From an uncultured Verrucomicrobiota bacterium (GTDB taxonomy: Bacteria; Verrucomicrobiota; Verrucomicrobiia; Palsa-1439; CAYGDP01), in the NCBI GenBank assembly GCA_964348665.1, contig CAYGDP010000005.1, positions 29,131-93,130 on the forward strand: DNA of 64,000 nt. Direction: 5' to 3'. This document shows, piece after piece, positions 8,559 to 18,163 of the stretch (position 1 is its first letter; every line of letters starts with the position of its first letter). Below the pieces are notes generated by a model. It ran no database searches and was not told the DNA's origin. It saw nothing but the letters and a program-made list of their open reading frames with translations. Made by a program: the position numbers and the translations under genes.

Positions 8559-10052
8559 TTATCGCAACGCCATCGGATCACCGGCGCGGATGGCTTCCAA
8601 AATCGCTTGTGGCGTCTCTGCTTCACGAAGTCGTTCCGCCATGAATTCGCTGGTCATCAACCCCGCGATTCGCGCTAGCAACCGCACCTGTGTCCTTGGA
8701 AAACTGGCGGGCGTGAGCAGGATGAAAATCAAGTGTACCTTTTCGGTTTGACCGGAGATGGCAATCCCAGAATCAGATCGGGCAAAAATCAACAAGGCCT
8801 TTTCGATCTCCAACCGGGCATGAGGCGTCGCGAGTCCATGGCCCAGATAAGTGCTCATGGCCGACTCGCGTTCCAAGACTGCCTTGGCGATTTTCTCTGC
8901 GGGCAGGGGTAATTCTCCGGGTGGTATCCTTGCGAGGATTTGTGGGATGGCGTCGGTTAAGGAAGCTGCTTGCACGTCAAGCGCGATCCTTTTTTCATTC
9001 AATACATCCGCCAGAAACAACGGCGAGTCCGCCGCAAATTCATCCTCGATTGCCCCGACAATTTCTTCGATCACGTCCTCCAACGAAATGACCCCCGTCC
9101 ATTTGCCCTCCTTGTTGAGCACGACAGCGAGGTGGGCGCGCCGATGTTGCAACTCGGGCAAGAGCGCTTCCAACGGCGCGTCCTCGGTGGTCGTGACCAC
9201 GCGCCGACCCAACGATTTCAAATCCACTGCCACCATGTTCTCCAGGCCAATATCAAGAAAATCCTTGATGTGAACCACGCCGACGGGCAACTCGGTGTTC
9301 GGTTCGACGACAGGGAAGCGTGAGAAATGACTTTCCCGGATCGTCCGCAGGTTCTCCTCCCACGGCGCGTCGGTGCGAAGCACTTTTGCCGCACTGCGAC
9401 CGCGCATCGCGTCGCGCACCTTTAAATCGCCGAGGTCGAAGATGTTTTCCAGCAACAGCAATCGACGAAACGACATCATCCCCGTCGTTTGCGATTGCTC
9501 CAGCAGGATCCGAAGTTCTTGCTCGGTGTGGGCGGGTTCGTGCAATTTTGCTCGAATGCCAAGCAACCAAAGGACGGCGTTGGTGGATTGGTTGAGCGTT
9601 TTGAGCGGCACAAAAAAGAGGATGCGGAAAAACTCCAGCGGACGTGCCATCCAAAGCGCCGCGCGTTCCGGCCGGTAGATCGCCACCATCTTCGCCACTT
9701 GTTCGCCAATGACGACGTGCAGGAAGGAAATGACGACGTAGGCAATCCCGATGGCGAAGCCGTGCGCGATCACCTTGGAGCCGACGGCGACCTCGATCAG
9801 CCGTGCGATGGCTGGTTCGCCCAGAAACCCTAGTGCGATGCTGCAAAGGGTGATCCCGACTTGGCAGACGGCGAGGTATTCGTCGAGATGTTTCTGGATG
9901 TGTTTGACCAGCTTCGCGCGCGCATCTCCAGAATCAACCAGTTCCTCGACGCGGCTGGGGCGGATTTTGACTGCCGCGAATTCCGCCAGTACGAAAAAGG
10001 CGTTGAGCAGCAGCAAAACCAGCGTCGCCAGCAATAAGATCAGGATCGTCAT
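8559..10052 (-). CDS. CNNM/DUF21 - CBS pair - PTS EIIA(Ntr)-type domain fusion protein
   Basis: 497 aa. The N-terminal DUF21 membrane domain reads LNAFFVLAEFAAVKIRPSRVEEL, followed by a CBS-pair region. The C-terminus matches the PTS_EIIA_2 pattern (LERESAMSTYLGHGLATPHARL ... VHLIFILLTP) instead of the usual CorC_HlyC domain. Confidence 0.8.
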   Translation of the reverse strand: MTILILLLATLVLLLLNAFFVLAEFAAVKIRPSRVEELVDSGDARAKLVKHIQKHLDEYLAVCQVGITLCSIALGFLGEPAIARLIEVAVGSKVIAHGFAIGIAYVVISFLHVVIGEQVAKMVAIYRPERAALWMARPLEFFRILFFVPLKTLNQSTNAVLWLLGIRAKLHEPAHTEQELRILLEQSQTTGMMSFRRLLLLENIFDLGDLKVRDAMRGRSAAKVLRTDAPWEENLRTIRESHFSRFPVVEPNTELPVGVVHIKDFLDIGLENMVAVDLKSLGRRVVTTTEDAPLEALLPELQHRRAHLAVVLNKEGKWTGVISLEDVIEEIVGAIEDEFAADSPLFLADVLNEKRIALDVQAASLTDAIPQILARIPPGELPLPAEKIAKAVLERESAMSTYLGHGLATPHARLEIEKALLIFARSDSGIAISGQTEKVHLIFILLTPASFPRTQVRLLARIAGLMTSEFMAERLREAETPQAILEAIRAGDPMALR

Positions 10053-10140
10053 CGCGCTGGCTTATACCGCATCGGAACAACCTCTGCACGACATTTGAGA
10101 CTTGCGAATAGGGGCGTTCGGAAATAGTCTAACAACCCTG

Positions 10141-11205
10141 ATGAAGCAAATCCTCTTTGGACTGGCGTTTTGTGTCGCAGTTGTCTTGTCCCTCGCGGAT
10201 GAAAAATCCGAGTGGGAGACGTTGCAGGCGCAATTGCAGGCAGCCGGCGATGTGGGAAATCTCGACGGCGACAAGGCGCTGGCAAAGCTGATGGAGAATT
10301 TCATGGCGGTCGTATCGGCGGCGGAGGAGTTCTCACGAAAATATCCCAAGAATCCGCAGGCATTGGACGCGAAGTTTATCGCGGCCATGGCGTACTGGCA
10401 GTTGGCGCAGCAAGCTGTCGAGTCTGGAAAACCGCCCGCTGCGGCCCTCAACGAAATCACGAGGATTACCGGAGAAATTCTCGCGGCGAAACCGTCCAAC
10501 GAGCTCGCGGCGCGAACGATGCTCTTTCGGATCATCTCGTTCGGTCAGCAGGGGTCGGCTTCTCTGGCAATTGACGAGGCAGAAGCGTTCTTGAAGCGAT
10601 TTCCAAAACACGAGCGCGCGGCGGAGACCCAGTTGTTCATCGCCGAAGCAACATTTCGGGATGGCCTGTTCGACCGCGCTCGCGCCGCGGCAAAAGCGGT
10701 GGCGAAAAATTATCCGTCCGCGCCAGAATCGGCTGTGGCCAAGGCGATGCTGACACGGCTTGATCTGCTGGGAAAACCGCTGGAGGACTTGCAGTTCACG
10801 GCGCTTGACGGTCGGCGGGTGGATATCAAAGACCATCGCGGGAAAGTGGTGCTGGTGGATTTTTGGGCTAGCTGGTGCGGGCCTTGCATGGCGGAAATGC
10901 CCTTGCTTCGGCAGCTTTACGAAGAATATCACCCGCGCGGCATGGAAATCATCGGAATTTCGCTCGACGACAGCCGCGTGGCATTGTCGGCAACGTTGAC
11001 CGAGTTCAAGATTCTCTGGCCGCAATCGTTTGAGGGAAAGTCGTTCGAGAAAAATCCGTTCACACAACGGTTTGGCATCGTGGCGCTGCCGAGCAATTAT
11101 CTGGTGGACCAGAAAGGCAACGTAGCGAAAATCGATTTACGCGGCAAATCGTTGGCCAAGGCCATCGAAGAATTGCTGCCAACGCCGAAAGGAGAGAAGA
11201 AATGA
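10141..11205 (+). CDS. TlpA-family thiol:disulfide oxidoreductase with an N-terminal helical/TPR-like domain
   Basis: Signal peptide from the ATG at 10141. Thioredoxin-fold motif VVLVDFWASWCGPCMAEMP. The stop overlaps the next start (ATGA). Confidence 0.88.
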   Translation: MKQILFGLAFCVAVVLSLADEKSEWETLQAQLQAAGDVGNLDGDKALAKLMENFMAVVSAAEEFSRKYPKNPQALDAKFIAAMAYWQLAQQAVESGKPPAAALNEITRITGEILAAKPSNELAARTMLFRIISFGQQGSASLAIDEAEAFLKRFPKHERAAETQLFIAEATFRDGLFDRARAAAKAVAKNYPSAPESAVAKAMLTRLDLLGKPLEDLQFTALDGRRVDIKDHRGKVVLVDFWASWCGPCMAEMPLLRQLYEEYHPRGMEIIGISLDDSRVALSATLTEFKILWPQSFEGKSFEKNPFTQRFGIVALPSNYLVDQKGNVAKIDLRGKSLAKAIEELLPTPKGEKK

Positions 11206-12137
11206 GAAAATCCAAAATCCAAAAAAACTTCCAGCCCCAAACCGCAATTTTCAGACCGGGCCACTGCAAGTCGCTTCTTGGCAATTATATCGTTGGAATT
11301 TGGAGTTTGAAATTTGGAGTTTGGAGTTTCCTCTTTTTAGCCATCCTCTCCTCCTCTTTCGCTCAACAGAAACCATCCTCCGAACCGAAGAACCTCATCC
11401 TCAACGGAGATTTTGAGATTGGCAAAAACAACAGTCCGGCTGGTTGGCAACCGGTGGATGGTTTGGCAACGTTCTGGGTGAAAGACCCCGATCCCGCCGG
11501 GAAAAATGGGAAGGTGATCATGATCGATTCCGACATCTATGCCGACCAGGCGCGCGATTGGTGGAAACGATTTATGACTGGCAGCGTGAGCGCCAGCGCG
11601 GCGCCGAAGAAACGCATCACCAGCGGCAACAAATACGACACGATTGCCGGCCTGGAAGGCGTTCATTTTTACACGGATTTTTTTCCGATTGATCCCGAAA
11701 AGAGTTACCGGTTGAGCGTGGATTTTCGCGGAAAATGGGCGGACGGCGCTATTGCCTTCGTTCCAAAACTCTGGCTGCGTTGTTACAAGGAGAAAGTTGC
11801 CAACGACCCCTTCGGCGTCAAGGATATGGGCGACGAAAACGCAGCGATCCGCAAGCCGAACAGCGGCGTGCAATCTTCTCCCGGTATCAGCGGCGGCAGC
11901 AGTTCCAAGGCGGCCGTTGCCAAGCCCTACGATTACCAATACGACCTCGTTTGTCGCGGCGAGAACCAGGACTCCGGCTGGAGTCATATCACTCGGGAAC
12001 TAAAACCGATGGCCAGCAAGCGAGTGACCTTTAAAAACCTCAAATGGGCGCGGCTTTGCCTGTACGCCTACTGGCCGCCCGGCGTGTATTATTTCGACAA
12101 TGTGAAGCTGGTGGAAATCTCCACGACGGGGAAATGA
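11202..12137 (+). CDS. Hypothetical secreted protein (jelly-roll/CBM-like N-terminus)
   Basis: 311-aa ORF. Its hydrophobic signal region (GIWSLKFGVWSFLFLAILSSSFAQ) is partly encoded by a heptamer array. LILNGDFEIGKNNSPAGWQP resembles CBM-type starts. The true start is uncertain. Confidence 0.7.
   Translation: MRKSKIQKNFQPQTAIFRPGHCKSLLGNYIVGIWSLKFGVWSFLFLAILSSSFAQQKPSSEPKNLILNGDFEIGKNNSPAGWQPVDGLATFWVKDPDPAGKNGKVIMIDSDIYADQARDWWKRFMTGSVSASAAPKKRITSGNKYDTIAGLEGVHFYTDFFPIDPEKSYRLSVDFRGKWADGAIAFVPKLWLRCYKEKVANDPFGVKDMGDENAAIRKPNSGVQSSPGISGGSSSKAAVAKPYDYQYDLVCRGENQDSGWSHITRELKPMASKRVTFKNLKWARLCLYAYWPPGVYYFDNVKLVEISTTGK
11295..11329. repeat. Heptanucleotide tandem array (GGAGTTT-like, 5 units)
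   Basis: ggaattt ggagttt gaaattt ggagttt ggagttt. Confidence 0.85.
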
Positions 12138-12153
12138 ACGCCTCTGTGGAAAA

Positions 12154-12275
12154 TTCAAGCTTCAAACTCCAAACTTCAGGGAAACTTCAAGTGCCAAGCC
12201 TCGACCGGCAAGCAATGCAATCGGACGTAATTTTTGGAGTTTGAGGCTTCCCTGAAAGTTGATTCTTGAAGTTTC
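12154..12275. repeat. Pair of imperfect inverted heptamer arrays between convergent genes
   Basis: Left arm: ttcaagc ttcaaac tccaaac ttcaggg aaacttc (12154 onward). Right arm: tttggag tttgagg cttccct gaaagtt (12233 onward), which is its approximate reverse complement. Confidence 0.7.
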
Positions 12276-14391
12276 ATTTCTGCTCCACCGCTTCCTGCTC
12301 GCGCAACGCTTTCTGGAATTCGTTCTCACTCTTCCACTCGATCTGACCGCTCACAAAGAGAACGTTCCGCCCCATACTGCCACGGCCGTCGCTGTGCTGC
12401 GGGTCGGCGTCGTACGCTAGAATCATTTTCGGGTCCGCGCTTGCCGTGAGCCCTTTCACATACACATACGTCACGGCTCCCTCCGGAGAAGGGGATGCCG
12501 GACAGATAAAGGTTTGTTTGGCGGAGACGTGTTTTGGGTTCAGTTCCATGAGTTTTGGCGGGAACTTGCCGTTGTTTTCCTTCGCATATGCCACAATACC
12601 TTCGTTGATTTTGGTCAGATTCGATTCGCAACCGCTCCTCATGGCTTGCTGCGCTTGCTGACGCGCGCCTTGCACAGCCGGCAACGCCGCAGCGGCTATA
12701 ATGCCGCTCAACGGAGCGATATTGCTCAAGTCCATTCCCAGCGGCGAATAGCCGTGGATATGGACACCTTTGTCGTCCACCGAAATCACGTTTACCGCGC
12801 CGAACAGTTTTCCTTGGACATTCGCGATGGGTGGCATTTTGCTCAAGTCCAGCGGCGAGTCGGGTTGATTGACCAACGTCGCGCCCGCCAGCCCGATGGC
12901 GCTGTAGATGCCGGCGATGGATTGACGCGTGTCTTCGTACGTGAGCGCCACAATTTTCTCAGGCAACGTCTTGCGCGATTTTTGAAAGTCCTCGTTGTCG
13001 AGCAACGACGACTGCGGATTTTCCGTCTGCGCGATGGCGGCGTTGAGTCCCATCGCGGACGCGGAAATGTAGAGATAATTCCCTTTTACCGTCCACGCTG
13101 GCGCGAACATTGGTACGCCGGTCACGGAGTACACGCGGCCGCCGCTGTCGTTTTGCGTGGTTTTGATCGTGAACTGCCCCGCTTGTTGCTGCGAAATGAT
13201 CATTCGCGCCGTATCGGTCAGTTGATCCACGGCGACCCCGAATCGTTTGGCGTCCTTGAGCGACACGACGAACGTCATTTCCCCAAGCTGCATGATGCCG
13301 GGGGATGCTTTTGAGTAAAACACCATTGTATCACCCAGAGTTTCCACGAGATCTTCCTTGAACATGATTTGCAACTGCGCCTCCACCGCCGCGATGCCGG
13401 CCTGCAAATTCTGGACGTCCTGATCCGTACCCACGGCGTTGATCGCGTTCATCACACTGTTCCAAATCGCTGGCGCGTTGATGCGCGAAGCCGACGCTGC
13501 CGCCACGTTTTTCGGGATCAACTTCAGGATTTTCTCGTCGAGCGGTGCCGCCGTGCTGAACCATTGAAATAAACCCGACGCCGGCTTGGTCAGCGCCGCG
13601 CGTCCCGTGGAGCGAATGGCTGCGCCGTCAAACGACGCCGCCAATTCCGCCTCTCCAATCGCGTCCAGGCCAAGAATCTTCATTACTGCGTCCAGCTTGT
13701 CGGCATCAGCCGGGTTCGGTATTTCCACACGAAGGCGTTTCACGACCGCGGGCGCGTTGAGCCATGCCCAGCCGATCGGTTGACCGGATGTGACGGTAAC
13801 GGGTTTCCTCGATTTTTCCGGTGGCGTCTTGCCATCGAGCCGGGCTAAAACGTTGTCGGTCATTGTCGCACTGGAAATCACGAGCGTGTCTTTGGTGACA
13901 ACGAACTCCGAGTGATCGGTTGGATCGACTTTGATCGTGTATGCGCCCGATTGTCGCTCGATGATCCGCGTATCCGTGGCGGCGAGCGCATAGAACGCCT
14001 TGCGCGCCTCGTCTGCGTCTTTGCCGACGCGGGTCAACCAGACCAGCGCGCCCGCGCCTTCGGGGTAGAACGCGACGACTGTCTCCTTCGCACTTGCCCA
14101 GCCAATCAATTTTCTAAGCGTATCAGCGTTGGGTGTGTTCGGTTGCGCGGCGACCTGTTGATAAATCCAATCTTTCGGCTTTTTCAGGAACGCCTGCATC
14201 TGCAGGTCGTTGAAGATTTGGCCCAGCGCCGATTTTTCGTAGGCAGGCGACAGTTTTTCGCCGCCGGCATAATGAATGATCGCCACCGCATTCGGGGGCA
14301 AAAACTGGGTCAAGTCCGTGTCTTCCCCGTGACAGACCGTCGTGAGCAGAAGGGCTGTCGTCAGACTGAATGTCGCTGTAGTAAGTTTCAT
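12274..14391 (-). CDS. Hypothetical secreted protein (DUF3352-like) with a C-terminal pseudopilin-like module
   Basis: 705-aa ORF with a signal peptide. The C-terminal part (LPAVQGARQQAQQAMRSGCESNLTKINEGIVAYAKENNGKFPP) resembles the helix/core that follows the leader in DUF1559 pseudopilins. Confidence 0.75.
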   Translation of the reverse strand: MKLTTATFSLTTALLLTTVCHGEDTDLTQFLPPNAVAIIHYAGGEKLSPAYEKSALGQIFNDLQMQAFLKKPKDWIYQQVAAQPNTPNADTLRKLIGWASAKETVVAFYPEGAGALVWLTRVGKDADEARKAFYALAATDTRIIERQSGAYTIKVDPTDHSEFVVTKDTLVISSATMTDNVLARLDGKTPPEKSRKPVTVTSGQPIGWAWLNAPAVVKRLRVEIPNPADADKLDAVMKILGLDAIGEAELAASFDGAAIRSTGRAALTKPASGLFQWFSTAAPLDEKILKLIPKNVAAASASRINAPAIWNSVMNAINAVGTDQDVQNLQAGIAAVEAQLQIMFKEDLVETLGDTMVFYSKASPGIMQLGEMTFVVSLKDAKRFGVAVDQLTDTARMIISQQQAGQFTIKTTQNDSGGRVYSVTGVPMFAPAWTVKGNYLYISASAMGLNAAIAQTENPQSSLLDNEDFQKSRKTLPEKIVALTYEDTRQSIAGIYSAIGLAGATLVNQPDSPLDLSKMPPIANVQGKLFGAVNVISVDDKGVHIHGYSPLGMDLSNIAPLSGIIAAAALPAVQGARQQAQQAMRSGCESNLTKINEGIVAYAKENNGKFPPKLMELNPKHVSAKQTFICPASPSPEGAVTYVYVKGLTASADPKMILAYDADPQHSDGRGSMGRNVLFVSGQIEWKSENEFQKALREQEAVEQK

Positions 14392-14548
14392 GGTTTCCTT
14401 CTTTCATCCATTGTCGTCAGCGAAAACCGAAACAGCTAGTAGCCAAGCAGAATTGTAGCAGCGAATCCGATTTGCGGCAGGAATCGTTCGAAAAACGGCT
14501 TGCCACAAAGGGGTTTCGCGGCTGGAACAATTCTTCATTTTCTCTCCA

Positions 14549-15706
14549 TTACGGTTTTCTCACCTTCGGCAACGCGCTCAAACCTTTAGCTTTCGGGTGC
14601 CAGAGACGCGTTAGATACGCCTCGAGCAGCGCGGTGCCGCCGTTGAGGTCGGGGTGTTCGACACAGGCGGCGACGTATTCATGATCCACATCATCGCACA
14701 TTTCCATGAGCACTCGCATCCGGTCGAAGTTGTTGATGAGCGCCTGGCGAATCGGCATGCGTTCGGGGTTGATGTCAATGCCATAGTAGCCAGTGTAGGC
14801 GTGCATTTTCATGACATAAAGGCCGCTGAGGACCACGTCGGGATTGAGCGCGCCGACGTTGAGGTCTTGGTCGTAGTTGCCGAGCGGTTGATTGTTCCAA
14901 TGGGTGTGCGCGAGGCGTCCCAGCCGCAGGATGCGGGCGAGGGAGTAGGGGAAGTCCTCGAAACCCATGAGCACGTGGCCGAGTTCAGGGTTCATGCAAA
15001 CGAGTTTCGTGCCAGAAGCGAGAAGTTTTTTGTTCGCTGGATTTTTTAGTTTTGCCTCGACGTCGGCGCACATGATCAAACCATCGGCCGTGTTGCGCCA
15101 GATATTGTTGCCGCGCGGTTCGTAGGGTTTGGGTTCGATGGCGATACGGACGCCGGGTACTTCGTCCATTGCCTCGGCAAGTCCATCCTCGAAGAGCGAC
15201 CACATCCAGTCGAAATTGATGCCGAAGTTGACCTCGTACCCGTCGCCGCCGGGCCAGACGACTGCGAAATCGGTTTTGTGGTCGCGATTCATTTTGAGGG
15301 TGGCGATCACGCGGTCAATGGCTTTGCGGCGCGCAGTTTTTTCAGGTGACGACAATGAGCCGTACCGAAAATCGGCGTCCCAGAACAGGTTGGGGATGAT
15401 CGTGATCAGGCGCACGCCCGCTTCGCGTTCGAGGCGTTTGTAAAGACCTATGTTTTCCTCGTTCACCTCGTTGGGGTAGTGCGCCTCAATGCCACGCAAG
15501 CCATATTTGGCCATCTCGGCGGCGATTTCGATGCGTTGGGGGATGGTGAGTGGTTTGTGGTAAGCGGCATGAAACCGGATCGCGCCCGGCGCGAAATACC
15601 AGATGCCCGCCGTAAATTTCGGTTCGAGGCGGAATTGTTTGAGGTGTTTGATGAGGGCATCCCCGCGGCGAGTCGTGGCTTGTGGTTTCAGGTTGGTAAG
15701 AGGCAT
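14549..15706 (-). CDS. Xylose-isomerase-like TIM-barrel protein (divergent sugar isomerase)
   Basis: 385 aa. WPGGDGYEV and IAIEPKPYEPRG blocks resemble the XylA-type WGGREG / EPKPxEP motifs. Confidence 0.75.
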   Translation of the reverse strand: MPLTNLKPQATTRRGDALIKHLKQFRLEPKFTAGIWYFAPGAIRFHAAYHKPLTIPQRIEIAAEMAKYGLRGIEAHYPNEVNEENIGLYKRLEREAGVRLITIIPNLFWDADFRYGSLSSPEKTARRKAIDRVIATLKMNRDHKTDFAVVWPGGDGYEVNFGINFDWMWSLFEDGLAEAMDEVPGVRIAIEPKPYEPRGNNIWRNTADGLIMCADVEAKLKNPANKKLLASGTKLVCMNPELGHVLMGFEDFPYSLARILRLGRLAHTHWNNQPLGNYDQDLNVGALNPDVVLSGLYVMKMHAYTGYYGIDINPERMPIRQALINNFDRMRVLMEMCDDVDHEYVAACVEHPDLNGGTALLEAYLTRLWHPKAKGLSALPKVRKP

Positions 15707-15816
15707 GAATTCTCCTTTTAGGTTTTACGCACCCTAGCAAGCCCGAGCGTGCATTGTCAAAACCGAAAAATGCTCGCGCCGCTGCGGAAATAGGAGTAGG
15801 TTTTCCTGTGTGTAAG

Positions 15817-18012
15817 GTGCGAACCATTTGCCTCGGGGTGTCGCTGCTGACGCTGGCGGCTTTTGCCCAAGAAAAACCGATGAACCCGAAATTTACGAAT
15901 CGTCTTGCGAAGGAAAAAAGCCCTTACCTGCTTCAGCACGCGAATAACCCCGTGGACTGGTATCCGTGGGGCGAGGAAGCGTTCGCCAAGGCGCGGAAGG
16001 AAAACAAGCCCATCTTCCTCTCCATCGGTTACTCGACCTGCCATTGGTGTCACGTCTTCGAGCACGAGTCGTTCGAGAATGAGGCCATCGCCAAATTGCT
16101 CAACGATAATTTTGTCTCCATCAAGGTGGACCGCGAGGAGCGTCCCGACATTGACCGCGTCTATATGACTTTCGTGCAGGCGACCACCGGTCACGGCGGT
16201 TGGCCGTTGAGCGCGTTTCTCACCGCTGACCTCAAGCCCTTTTATGGCGGCACGTATTATCCCCGCGACCAGTTCGCGCAGATTCTCAACCGCCTCATGG
16301 AGGTTTGGAAGAACGATCGCGATCGTATCAATACGTCCGCCGACGAAATGACGAAGGCATTGCAGCAGCTCAATCTTGGACGGCGCTCTGGCGCGGAGAA
16401 ACTTGAAGTGTCGTTGCTCGACGAAGGTTATCTCGAACTGAAATCCATTTACGAATCGCGTTATGGCGGCTTTGGCGGCGCGCCGAAATTTCCGCGCGCA
16501 TCCAACTTCAATTTCATGCTACGCCATTTCGCCCGAGCCGGTAAAGCTGACGCTCGCGACATGGTGTTGCTCACGCTCAATAAAATGGCCGATGGCGGTA
16601 TCCACGACCATATCGGTGGCGGCTTTGCCCGCTACTCGGTGGATGGACAATGGCACGTGCCGCATTTCGAGAAAATGCTCTACGACCAGGCGCAACTCGC
16701 CATCAGCTATCTCGAAGCGTATCAGATTACCCGCGAATCGTTTTACGCCGATACCGCCCGTGATATCCTCGAATACGTTCTGCGTGATATGACCGGAAAA
16801 GACGGCCAGTTTTACAGCGCGGAAGACGCGGACAGCCCTAAACCTGAAAATCCAAAGGAAAAATCCGAAGGCGCGTTTTACATTTGGGAGAAAAAAGAAA
16901 TCATCGCCGCCATCGGCAAGGACACTGCCGAAGTCTTTTGCGACTATTACGGAGTCAGCGACCACGGCAATGCGCCGAACGACCCACACGGAGAATTCGA
17001 AAACAAAAACATCCTCATCGTGCGCAGCAGCCTCGATGAAGTTGCCAAACGCGCCGGCAAGACATCAGACCAAGTCAGCGCCATCCTTGCTGACGCGCAC
17101 AAGAAACTCTTTGAGATCCGCAGCAAGCGTCCGCGTCCACATCTGGACGACAAGACGCTGACGTCCTGGAACGCGATGATGATTTCCGCCTTTGCGCGCG
17201 CCCATCAAGCAATCGAAATCGGTGGCACGAGCGTTCCTGCCCGTGAATTTTCAACCAAATACCTTTCCGCCGCCCGACGCGCCGCGGCGTTTATCGAGAA
17301 AAATCTTTATCGCGACGGCAAACTCCTGCGCCGTTATCGCGACGGCGAATCCGCGCTGGATGGGTATCTGGACGATTACGCATCATTTATCCAAGCGTTG
17401 CTCGACCTTTATGAAGCCAGTTTTGACGTGAAATATCTCACGTGGGCGATCGCGCTGCAAAAAACACAGGACGAACTTTTCTGGGACGATAAAGACGGCG
17501 GCTACTTCAATACTTCCGCAGGCTCAAAAGATGTGCTCGTGCGTCTCAAGGAAGATTACGACGGGGCGGAACCGTCTGCCAACTCCATCGCCGCTCTCAA
17601 TCTGCTCCGTCTCGCGCAGATGACCGACAACAAAGACCTTCGCGCGCGGGCCGAGAAGACAATGGCCTACTTTGCGGCGCGGTTGGGTCAGCACGCCAGC
17701 ACCATGCCGCAGATGCTCGTCGCCTTCGACTTCTCGCTGTCAAAACCAAAACAAATAATCATCGCGGGCAAATCCGATGCCACCGACACGAGGGCATTGC
17801 TTCGCGAGGTTCACAGCCGATTTATCCCGAATAAAATCATTTTGCTCGCCGACGGTGGTGACAGCCAGCGTGAGCTGTCGAAAAATCTGAAATTTCTCGA
17901 ATCAGTGAAGCCCGTGGATGGCAAAGCCACCGCCTACATTTGCCAGGATTACACTTGCCAGTTGCCAACGAATGATCCAGCGGTGATAGTGAAGCAATTG
18001 ACTAAGCCATGA
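15817..18012 (+). CDS. Thioredoxin-domain protein, DUF255 / YyaL-like (N-acylglucosamine-2-epimerase-fold C-terminus)
   Basis: [29 protein letters not shown]...[18 protein letters not shown]. The start is uncertain: GTG at 15817 gives a signal peptide ([19 protein letters not shown]), ATG at 15880 gives the classical cytosolic N-terminus, and the ORF-track start is 15754. Confidence 0.88.
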   Translation: MRTICLGVSLLTLAAFAQEKPMNPKFTNRLAKEKSPYLLQHANNPVDWYPWGEEAFAKARKENKPIFLSIGYSTCHWCHVFEHESFENEAIAKLLNDNFVSIKVDREERPDIDRVYMTFVQATTGHGGWPLSAFLTADLKPFYGGTYYPRDQFAQILNRLMEVWKNDRDRINTSADEMTKALQQLNLGRRSGAEKLEVSLLDEGYLELKSIYESRYGGFGGAPKFPRASNFNFMLRHFARAGKADARDMVLLTLNKMADGGIHDHIGGGFARYSVDGQWHVPHFEKMLYDQAQLAISYLEAYQITRESFYADTARDILEYVLRDMTGKDGQFYSAEDADSPKPENPKEKSEGAFYIWEKKEIIAAIGKDTAEVFCDYYGVSDHGNAPNDPHGEFENKNILIVRSSLDEVAKRAGKTSDQVSAILADAHKKLFEIRSKRPRPHLDDKTLTSWNAMMISAFARAHQAIEIGGTSVPAREFSTKYLSAARRAAAFIEKNLYRDGKLLRRYRDGESALDGYLDDYASFIQALLDLYEASFDVKYLTWAIALQKTQDELFWDDKDGGYFNTSAGSKDVLVRLKEDYDGAEPSANSIAALNLLRLAQMTDNKDLRARAEKTMAYFAARLGQHASTMPQMLVAFDFSLSKPKQIIIAGKSDATDTRALLREVHSRFIPNKIILLADGGDSQRELSKNLKFLESVKPVDGKATAYICQDYTCQLPTNDPAVIVKQLTKP

Positions 18013-18163
18013 AACATGACTTTTGGGAAACCTGACGACCAACGTCCTTCAACGCGGTACACCACCAATACTTTGATCTCGAAGGCTATATTGTAGGTTG
18101 TGTGCTCCCGTGCGGCGATAATTTCGTATAATTCGACAAGAAGTGTGATCGGAAGATTTTCCT

